Shown here one piece after another: positions 10,301 to 16,567 of a DNA stretch of 64,000 nucleotides. The stretch's first letter is position 1; each line of letters opens with the position of its first letter. The notes beneath the pieces were generated by a model that searched no databases, was not told the origin of the DNA, and saw nothing but the letters and a program-made list of their open reading frames with translations. Both the position numbers and the translations under genes were made by a program. Source of the stretch: an uncultured Pseudomonadota bacterium (GTDB lineage: Bacteria; Myxococcota_A; UBA796; SXON01); contig CAJBVW010000056.1 in the NCBI GenBank assembly GCA_903959175.1, positions 42,478-106,477 of the forward strand. The letters run 5' to 3'.

Positions 10301-10496
10301 CTTCCGGGTTGTGCAGGGGCGCGCCCATGTGTTCGAGGTGACCATGGGCGCCGACTACGCCGTTGACGGTCACCGGCAGCTCTCCGACGCCATGGACGAG
10401 GGGGCCGACGACGATCTCGGGACGGCGGGCGTGACCTGGGCCGCCCTTCCGGCGGCGATGGCGGATGACCTGCGGTTGCGGTTGGAGGCGGAGTGA
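7284..10496 (+). CDS. SNF2/DEAH-type superfamily-2 helicase-related protein
   Basis: 1070 aa. Motif I LLADEVGLGKTF, motif II LVIVDEIHNWKN, motif III LSATPFQL, C-terminal helicase motifs VTTVGQEGIDLH and LEQRTGRVDRIAS, with a large insertion between the two lobes. Start is either GTG 7284 or ATG 7296; both overlap the PLD gene end. Confidence 0.85.
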   Translation: MEASMRRPDGLNYRASLRAALGDGDEGRVAELANRQERTIDALLTRMYGPDASRREITLLADEVGLGKTFVALGVAWSVLMQRQEAGLAAGPVLVVTPHAHALYNKWGREAERFNSLVAPPNGGFEVDSVQTPHELGNALRARKPKLVIARMPALSGRLTHRNTSDLALLHWLFHQPGFELDLDARVRLVSAKEKEFPREDLNLNRSAAALEAAEGAWSLGYTEAHIAGAWARLLLTDKWLRGRIAEAFKIAREGGTAKGSLWDDLREFGRSALGQRIPHPLPLVIVDEIHNWKNSPQSWWRFQHMLGGRIERLLGLSATPFQLGPHELMSVLGLRRCLSMSKERASFLDARVIELQGALETAGTTGARLRDAWDQVAPVDEPAIAAAWVQEGDGPALPPRLEEAIAAARAVRTAHRSLMGSLRAFLVRHRRELSHRAWWVGRESAPEQSAPSALGGAFCWRPGLDVTGDAELVHYLMMRAVQEDTGGRGSTTIGADLGGSYDYFRESVLTDLMPGRTPAASAYVRLVDQATRGKNGHEHPKVAVTADRTFRAWLRGEKTLVFCFNVKTTEAVLNAIRARIESHENEVLSRALDCTPDAVAQRLKNLQSRLYNYRQAPFLLFQDHPLAGPTGRVPDRLRLTAACLQDIALRLAQVGPPEERGRFDRRRVLAVVERHLATRWRTSSEGLAWLGRVARDLRIGVDASVLSDPAQLQVGVDAAWLADALAGGDWPVRRRREIEGLRGQEPEPLPEDAEVADSGDAAHPADVQAWRALLDGRPGRAVLAPYIDNERLPSLLSAFHSESMARLPAALRAIAARMLRRMVRSSGFMVRFLLDNASDRPALEEEGDEADGTWTRVLHERWSAAPAGGESARDRFEAYLEGLRKAAGLGLQIQAFDEATRNLQTAARVTGAVASIERDRQFTGFNTPLMPEVLVVTTVGQEGIDLHRECRHVIHHDLPWNPATLEQRTGRVDRIASKAERLQRQGANSLDVVVPYIAGTYDEHRFRVVQGRAHVFEVTMGADYAVDGHRQLSDAMDEGADDDLGTAGVTWAALPAAMADDLRLRLEAE

Positions 10497-10566
10497 GGAT
10501 TGCTTCGCCAATGCCGGTGGACGTCTGCGTCTTCGTTTGCCGGGGCGCCCGGCTCCTCGGGGCAGC

Positions 10567-10884
10567 ATGACCACGTTCCGTATCGGCACCTGGAACCTGG
10601 AGTACGCGGCCGGACCGGACAAAAACCGCCAGCGCTTATCACATCTTCTTGGCGCGGGCGCGGGCGTCTGGGGCCTGATCGAGACCCACGACGACATCGA
10701 CCTCTCCTGGTCCCACTACGTTATGCACCTGCAACTTGCCGAGTGGCCGAGGCTCTGCGTGCGCTTTCCCGACGCGCCGCTCGTCGTAGCCGGTGACCTG
10801 AAGATGAGCCTCGGCGGCACGCACTCCTGCGGCGTGCGGTTGAGCGACCACAGCGAACTCGTGGTCGAGGTCACCCACCCATGA
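10567..10884 (+). pseudogene. Endonuclease/exonuclease/phosphatase (EEP) family remnant with an in-frame internal deletion (105 aa)
   Basis: It keeps the EEP N-terminal motif (FRIGTWNLEY, ..GLIETH) and the C-terminal motifs (VVAGDLKM in place of GDxN; LSDHSELVVEV). It lacks the ~150 central residues that carry catalytic His/Asn/Asp. Its stop overlaps the next ATG (ATGA 10881-10884). Confidence 0.5.
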
Positions 10885-11774
10885 GGATTACCGTGCTGGT
10901 GACGGCGAAGCGCAACCCCGATCTCGACGGCGCAGCCTGTGCCATCGCCTACGCCGAGCTCCTCCGGGAAGAGGGCTACGACGCGGCGCCCCTCGTAGAT
11001 GGCAATCCAGACGCCGAGGCCCGCTTCGCGCTCGATGAGACGGGCTGGGCGCGTCCAGCGGTCTCGATGTCGGCAAGCGAGATCGTGCTGGTCGATGCGA
11101 GCGATGTCGTGGGCCTGCCGGACGCCGTTTCCGCGGAGAGAGTTGTGGAGGTGATCGACCATCGCCAGCACCACGATGCCGAGCGGCTGTTCCCTCGGGC
11201 GCGCATCCAGATCGAGGCGGTCGGCGCAGCGGCGACCCTCGTGGCGGAGCGATGGCGCGCCGCGGCGAGACGGCCCCGCGGGTCTACCGCGCTGTTGCTG
11301 CAGGCGGCGATCCAGTCCAACACTCAACGGCTCCGGGGAAGCGTCACGACCCCGCGCGACCTCGATGCGGCAGCGTGGCTCGCTGGAATTGCAGAGCTCC
11401 CCGACGGCTTTGTCGAGGGCCAGTTTGCCGCTCGCGCCGCGGAGATCGTCGCCGACGTCGACGCGGCCCTCTCCCGAGAGTCGAAGCGATTCGACCACCC
11501 CGAGGGGTCCTACGTCGTCGCGCAGCTCGAGCTCCCGGGCGCCGTGGGGCTGGTCGACGCGGTCGCGGCAGCGGATCTCGCGCGCACGGAGCGCGTGATG
11601 GTCAACCTCGTGGATGTCGACAGCGCCCGCTCCCTCCTCCTGATCTGGGACTCGGCCTTTCGCCGGTGGGTGGCGGCTCGGTTGGGCGTGACGTTCACGG
11701 GCGCCGGCGCGGAGTGCTCTCCGGCCGTCCTGCGGAAGCAGATCGTCGCGCGGCTGCGGGGAGACGCCTCGTGA
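10881..11774 (+). CDS. DHH-family phosphoesterase, family II inorganic pyrophosphatase (PpaC)-like
   Basis: 297 aa, collinear with PpaC-type proteins. Matching segments: ..KRNPDLDGAACAIAYA.., ..EIVLVDASD.., ..VEVIDHRQHH.. (a variant DHH motif), and a DHHA2-like C-terminal half (..LLLQAAIQSNTQRLRGSVTTPRDLDAAAWL.., ..ESKRFDH..VVAQLEL). Confidence 0.7.
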   Translation: MRITVLVTAKRNPDLDGAACAIAYAELLREEGYDAAPLVDGNPDAEARFALDETGWARPAVSMSASEIVLVDASDVVGLPDAVSAERVVEVIDHRQHHDAERLFPRARIQIEAVGAAATLVAERWRAAARRPRGSTALLLQAAIQSNTQRLRGSVTTPRDLDAAAWLAGIAELPDGFVEGQFAARAAEIVADVDAALSRESKRFDHPEGSYVVAQLELPGAVGLVDAVAAADLARTERVMVNLVDVDSARSLLLIWDSAFRRWVAARLGVTFTGAGAECSPAVLRKQIVARLRGDAS

Positions 11775-12679
11775 CGCGCGCCGACTGGATGAGCGGCGGC
11801 CCGGGCGGCGTCCCGGTGCCGATCAACGTGTCGTGGCACCTCTGGCCCGACTGTAACCTGAAGTGCACGTATTGTTACGCCACCTTCCGTGACATCCCGG
11901 GGACGCTGCCGGAGGGGCAGGCCGTCGAGGTCCTGGACCGCCTGCGGGCCGCCGGCACCGAAAAGGTCACCTTCGTCGGTGGCGAGCCTCTTCTCTGTCC
12001 GCACATCGGCCGGCTCGTCCGTCACGCGAAGGACATCGGCCTGGTCACGATGCTGGTCACGAACGGGAGCAAGCTGGTGGGGAGGCTGCGCGACGAGCTC
12101 CTCCCGCACCTCGACTGGGTCTCGCTCAGCATCGATGCGAGCGACCCCGCCATCATGGAGGCGATGGGCCGTGGGAATCGGAAGTTCCTCGGCTACTGCG
12201 TTCGCTGTTGGGAAGACCTCGCCGAGGTGCCGCACCTGCGCCTGAAGGTGAACACCGTGGTGACGCGGCTGAACCTCGAGGACGACATGCGGCCCCTCAT
12301 GCGGCGTCTGCGTCCGAAACGCTGGAAGGTCTTCCAGGTGCTGCCGGTGCGCGGCCAGAACGACGGAGTCGTCGCGCCGCTGCTCATCTCGTCCGCGGAG
12401 TTCCAACGCTACGTGGAACGCCATCGCGAGCTCGACGCCGAAGGTCTCGGGCCCGTCGCCGAGGACAACCGCGACCTCACAGGGACCTACCTGATGCTCG
12501 ACGCGCTCGGCCGGTTCTTCAGCAACCGCACGGGCGAGCACGTCTACACGGAGTCGCTGCTCGACGTCGGGGTCTGGGAGGCCGTGAGACAGGTCGACTG
12601 GGACGTGTCGGGCTTCCTCGGCCGCCGCGGTGTCTACGCGTGGGGAGCCGAGTCAGATGCGGGTGATGGGAGCGGGTGA
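11771..12679 (+). CDS. pVip: Prokaryotic viperin (pVip), radical SAM enzyme
   Basis: Motifs parallel to viperin: radical SAM CNLKCTYCYA (viperin CNYKCGFCFH), VTFVGGEPLL, SIDASD, LKVNTVV, RWKVFQVLPVRGQND (viperin RWKVFQCLLIEGEN), and C-terminal GRRGVYAW. GTG 11771 overlaps the DHH stop (GTGA); alternative ATG at 11789. The track start at 11252 lies inside the DHH gene. Confidence 0.9.
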   Translation: MTRADWMSGGPGGVPVPINVSWHLWPDCNLKCTYCYATFRDIPGTLPEGQAVEVLDRLRAAGTEKVTFVGGEPLLCPHIGRLVRHAKDIGLVTMLVTNGSKLVGRLRDELLPHLDWVSLSIDASDPAIMEAMGRGNRKFLGYCVRCWEDLAEVPHLRLKVNTVVTRLNLEDDMRPLMRRLRPKRWKVFQVLPVRGQNDGVVAPLLISSAEFQRYVERHRELDAEGLGPVAEDNRDLTGTYLMLDALGRFFSNRTGEHVYTESLLDVGVWEAVRQVDWDVSGFLGRRGVYAWGAESDAGDGSG

Positions 12680-14464
12680 TCCGGGTCGTGTGTCCAGCAC
12701 GACGCGCTCGCCGTCCCGGAACGCGCTGGTGGCGCCGGGCATTACGAAGCCCGGAACCCCGCGCTCGCGCATCACCACCGCGAGGTGACAGAGGAGCGCC
12801 CCTCCGTCGCAGATGAAGCCGAGCGTCCCCGGCGCGGCCCGGTACACAAGCTCATCGAGGACGTGGAACGGACGTCGAACGACGAGAATCTCGGCCACGG
12901 CGCTGGAGGGATCCGATTCGGCGGGACGGGAGTGAATGTGGCGTTCGATGCTGCTCTCGATCGCGTCCGCTGGAACATCGAGAATGCGGATCCGACCCAC
13001 CACCCGCCCCTCGCTGAGCACGTCCCGCCGCTCGGGAGGGTTCACGGAGGCGCTCCGGTAGAGGTCTACGAGGAAGAACTGCCCGTCCGGGGTGTACCCG
13101 AACTCGATCCCCGCGTCGGGGTAGGTCGCCGCGAGCGACACCGCCGCGTGGCGCACCTCGGCGAGCTTCTCCGGCGAAAGCGTGGCCGGAACGGTGACGG
13201 GAACCCGCACCTTCTTCCCGGCGATCACCTGCATGGCGACCGTCTGGCTCCCTGGTGAGGAGCTGGCCACGCTCCCGTCGGCGGCGAGCCGGTAGGAGCG
13301 TGGCTCCTCGAAACCCTTGGTGATGAAGTGGCCGCAGATCACCTCGACGTGAACCCCCCCGTCCGGGAGACGTACGGCTACACCGGTCAGCGCCGTGTCC
13401 TGGAGCTCCTTGAGGAGGAACGCGAAGCCGCGGCCGAGTGAGCCGAGGGGCGCCATGAATCCCGCGAGGTCCGCGCCAGCCGTCGGTCCGGTGCCGAAGC
13501 TCCGGTGGATCTGCCCGTCGAGATCGAAGGGATCGAGCAACACGGCAATGAACTCCCCCCCGGGGGCCAGGCGTTCAGCCGCCGAGGCGAGATCCGCGGG
13601 TGCTGGCGCGTGCGCCAGCGCCACGAATCCGGCCGAGATGCCGATGCCGAGCCGCGCGGCGGTCAGCCGGAGTTCGACCTTGTCGTGCTGGAGGACCGCC
13701 GGTGGCAGGTGGCGCGCGGCGAGGTGGTCGACCGGATGAAGGACGAGCCCCTGCGCGAATGCCCGCCGCGTGGTGATCGGGCGTGCCTGCAAGACGATGA
13801 TTCGCCCGCCGACACTGGCCCACTCGATGTCGGCTGGGCCTCCCATCACCGCCTCCACGGCCGAGCAGAGGCCGAGCAAGGCTGCTCGCTCCGCGACGGG
13901 GAGAGCGGCCTCGTCGATGTCGCCGTCGGCGCCGAGGACCATCCGCACGGCGTCGGCGGAGCTCCCGTCGACGAGCGTTCGCAGGTGCCCGGATACGACC
14001 TCGACGACGGGCGCATCGTTCCCGGTCACCGGATCGCGTGTGAACAAGACCCCCGAGCGATTGGGGGCGAGCATCTCCTGTACCAGAACGCCGATCTCGG
14101 CCGTCTTGCCGAGCGCCGCGACCGCACGAGCCGAGCTGCCGGCGTCGCGGCATCGGCCGGCGGCTCGCACGATGTCGTCCACCTCGGCGGGCACGTCGAG
14201 CATCGAGTCGAACAGCCCGGCCAGCGCCGTCTCGGCGCCGTCTTCTCCGAGGCCCGAGGACCGCACCGCGACCAGCCTGGCCCCCGTTCTCCGTCGCAAC
14301 GTCGACAGCGCGGCTCCTACTGCATCCGCATCGGCGGCCGCTCCGGCGGGGATGCAGAAGCCGTCGGGCACCGGGATGCCGGCCGCGTGGAGGCGAACCC
14401 AGGCGTCGGCCTTGCCGCCGATCGCCGCGGGGGCAGGCCCCGAGCCGAGTAAATACACGTTCAC
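12653..14464 (-). CDS. PEP synthase / pyruvate-phosphate-dikinase-like phosphotransferase (PPDK_N ATP-grasp plus PEP-utilising swivel His domain)
   Basis: 603 aa from GTG 14464, which forms a GTGA overlap with the upstream gene; the track start at 14689 gives an Arg-rich extension. Motifs: IGGKADAWVRLHAAGIPVPDGF, VAVRSSGLGEDG..LAGLFDS, GVLVQEML..SGVLFTRDPVTG, DIEWA..IIVLQARPIT. C-terminal swivel motif GFICDGGALLCHLAVVMRERGVPGFV. Confidence 0.75.
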   Translation of the reverse strand: MNVYLLGSGPAPAAIGGKADAWVRLHAAGIPVPDGFCIPAGAAADADAVGAALSTLRRRTGARLVAVRSSGLGEDGAETALAGLFDSMLDVPAEVDDIVRAAGRCRDAGSSARAVAALGKTAEIGVLVQEMLAPNRSGVLFTRDPVTGNDAPVVEVVSGHLRTLVDGSSADAVRMVLGADGDIDEAALPVAERAALLGLCSAVEAVMGGPADIEWASVGGRIIVLQARPITTRRAFAQGLVLHPVDHLAARHLPPAVLQHDKVELRLTAARLGIGISAGFVALAHAPAPADLASAAERLAPGGEFIAVLLDPFDLDGQIHRSFGTGPTAGADLAGFMAPLGSLGRGFAFLLKELQDTALTGVAVRLPDGGVHVEVICGHFITKGFEEPRSYRLAADGSVASSSPGSQTVAMQVIAGKKVRVPVTVPATLSPEKLAEVRHAAVSLAATYPDAGIEFGYTPDGQFFLVDLYRSASVNPPERRDVLSEGRVVGRIRILDVPADAIESSIERHIHSRPAESDPSSAVAEILVVRRPFHVLDELVYRAAPGTLGFICDGGALLCHLAVVMRERGVPGFVMPGATSAFRDGERVVLDTRPGSPAPITRI

Positions 14465-15339
14465 GGGAGCCTCGCGGAGAGAAGGGCGCGGGCAGCGTCG
14501 TCGATGCTGCGTTGAAGGTCGGCGGGCCCGACGCCATCGCGCCGGAGCGCCACAATCCGTGTGGCGAGGGGTACCGCGAACTCGAACATATAGGCTCGGA
14601 TCTGCTCCGCGGACATCGTCGGTGCGCCGTCGAGTCCCTGGTCGTTCCCGCTCATCACGCACTGGAGCTGCCGCTCGCCCTCCCGCCATCCGTCACCGAG
14701 GAGCGTTTCGATCTCCGCATCGGTTCGGATCGCGTGGATGGGGAAATGGTGGTCGACGCCGTGCGCGGAGCTGAAGGCAGCGTACCCTTCCACCGCCGGG
14801 GCGGACTGATTCGCCTTGCGCTTTCGACCGTGGAGCTCCTTCTCGCCGGAGAGCAGCACGGACGCGCCGAGGGCCTGACCCAGGACAGCGCGCATCGCGT
14901 AGAAGTGCAGGTGGCAGCCGAGGCATGGCGTGAAGAACCCGAACGCCCGAATCAGCTCGTTGAGGTAGCGCCCGTTCAGAAGGCGCCAGAAGTCCACATC
15001 CTCGAGGACGAACCACGGCGCGACGAGCACGGCCGGGTGGCGGCCTCGGATGTGGTCGCGCATCCGCAGCCAGTTGTCTTCGTAGACGGACCAGTCGCCG
15101 TAGCGGGTGGGGACGACGTCCCCCACGGGGAGCAGGGTGCCGACCTCGTGCTCCGCGAGCCAGGCCATGGCCGCGGCGACGCTGTCCCGGCCGGCGAAGT
15201 CGGCGAGCGCGAGCGGGCGCGGGGCGGCCGCCAGGACGGCGCTCACCTCGGCGGGGAGGACGTCGAGCGCCGAGCGCCCGTCGGCGAGCGCGGCGCAGAG
15301 GTCCTCGAAGCGGACGCGGCGGGGGACGTGGTCGTACAT
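14461..15339 (-). CDS. PP-loop (adenine nucleotide alpha-hydrolase)-like protein, tentative
   Basis: 292 aa. Degenerate PP-loop ..LADFAGRDSVAAAMAW.. (compare SGGxDS) and ..FFTPCLGCHLHFYAMRAVLGQALGASVLLSGEK.. (compare TtuA/TtcA PCxxCxxxRR..L...GH). Translationally coupled to the PEP-synthase-like gene. Confidence 0.4.
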   Translation of the reverse strand: MYDHVPRRVRFEDLCAALADGRSALDVLPAEVSAVLAAAPRPLALADFAGRDSVAAAMAWLAEHEVGTLLPVGDVVPTRYGDWSVYEDNWLRMRDHIRGRHPAVLVAPWFVLEDVDFWRLLNGRYLNELIRAFGFFTPCLGCHLHFYAMRAVLGQALGASVLLSGEKELHGRKRKANQSAPAVEGYAAFSSAHGVDHHFPIHAIRTDAEIETLLGDGWREGERQLQCVMSGNDQGLDGAPTMSAEQIRAYMFEFAVPLATRIVALRRDGVGPADLQRSIDDAARALLSARLP

Positions 15340-15529
15340 CTGGGACGGCTCGGGGATGGCGGAGTCGGGACGGTCGAAGAGTTATCCGACCTCGTCATCG
15401 TACACGAAGGTGTCGAGGAGAAAGGCACGACCTTCTTAGATGAGGGCGCCGGGCCCGTGCGGAAACAGTTCGAGGTGCCGCAGCGTCGCCGCCCTTACCG
15501 CCGGCCTGCCGTCTCGCCCGACCCGGCCC

Positions 15530-16567
15530 TCAAAACACATCCTCCACGCTCCTCTCCTCCCCCGCCAGCTGTTCGGACCCCACGAGCTCCTGCGGGATCC
15601 GTCGCCCGGCGCGGAAATGCTCGCGCACCGGCCCACGCAAGCCCTCGGGCAACCAGTCGAGCCCCTCCTCGGGTTGGGCCGTGCCCGTAGGGAGCAGGAC
15701 GTCGTCAGCGCGCCGGAGCAGGAGCCGGTACCAGCGCGCCTCAGGGAGGATGCGGAGGCCGTGGGCGGGCGCAAACGACGTCGCCGCGCGCCAGGGGATC
15801 ACGAGCCCGTCGCGGTCGAGGTCCCCGAAATAGCCGACGTGCGGAGCGTCGAGCACGCGGCATCGCTCCGCAACGAACGCGACGGCGTCGCGTCCGAAGC
15901 CGCCCCCGGCGCCGTAGACCACGGCAGCGTAGTCGCCGACCCGCGCGTTCCAGCTGCAGAACGACCACCAGGTGTGGTGGTTCTCGATGACGAGCACGGG
16001 GCGCCCGTGTGAGCCGAGCGGGCCGTCCTCGTACACCAGCGGCGGCGCCATCGCGAAGCAGCGCAGCTTCGCGAGGTCGAGCCTTCCCTCACCGAAGATC
16101 GACGTGTAGAGCAGGCGCTCGAGGCGCTTCTCATCGCCGAAGAGCTGAACTGAGCGCTCACGCATTGGAACGATTGGGCGGGTACGGCCGCCGCTCGCGA
16201 AGAAGGCCTGAAGCGCGAGCAGGTCGGCCGGGCGGTCGATTCGCCCGAGCGAAGGCACAAAACCGAGCTCGGGTGCCCACGGCACCGTGAGCAGATCGAG
16301 CTCAATCGGGGTCTCCGGCGGCGAGGGCAGGCGCACCCACTCGGGGAGCGGCGGGCGCGCGCTGCGATCCCAGCCCGCGCCTGTGGGCGCGGGGAGCACG
16401 AGCCGACCTTCGGCCGCGAGGGCGCTCAATCGGACCACAAGCCGCTCGCGCGCCTCGCCCGAGGTGGCCTCGATCGGGTGCGCGGCCCGGAACGCTCGCC
16501 ATAGGGCGCTGCGGTCGAGCTTCCGGCGTCCGCCGGCCTCCAGGATCAGCCCGTCGAGCAAGGTCAC
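15530..16567 (-). CDS. jetD: Wadjet JetD (Toprim/DUF2220-type nuclease subunit)
   Basis: 345 aa from GTG 16567 (GTGA overlap with the jetC stop). The track start at 16864 adds an Arg/Pro-rich shadow extension inside jetC. Toprim-like VGYFGDLDRDGLVIPW. It is the last gene of a jetABCD-ordered operon. Confidence 0.8.
   Translation of the reverse strand: MTLLDGLILEAGGRRKLDRSALWRAFRAAHPIEATSGEARERLVVRLSALAAEGRLVLPAPTGAGWDRSARPPLPEWVRLPSPPETPIELDLLTVPWAPELGFVPSLGRIDRPADLLALQAFFASGGRTRPIVPMRERSVQLFGDEKRLERLLYTSIFGEGRLDLAKLRCFAMAPPLVYEDGPLGSHGRPVLVIENHHTWWSFCSWNARVGDYAAVVYGAGGGFGRDAVAFVAERCRVLDAPHVGYFGDLDRDGLVIPWRAATSFAPAHGLRILPEARWYRLLLRRADDVLLPTGTAQPEEGLDWLPEGLRGPVREHFRAGRRIPQELVGSEQLAGEERSVEDVF

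Noticed and set aside
5183-10496. The idea that the PLD (5183-7309) and SNF2 (7284-10496) genes are the missing DrmC, or a second DrmD, of the DISARM-like operon at 27.6-44.9 kb.
   Set aside because: They are about 20 kb away, outside the putative island boundary (the att copy at 23187), and separated from it by oppositely oriented operons. They form their own tightly coupled operon with an unrelated first gene. The PLD protein is far larger than DrmC.
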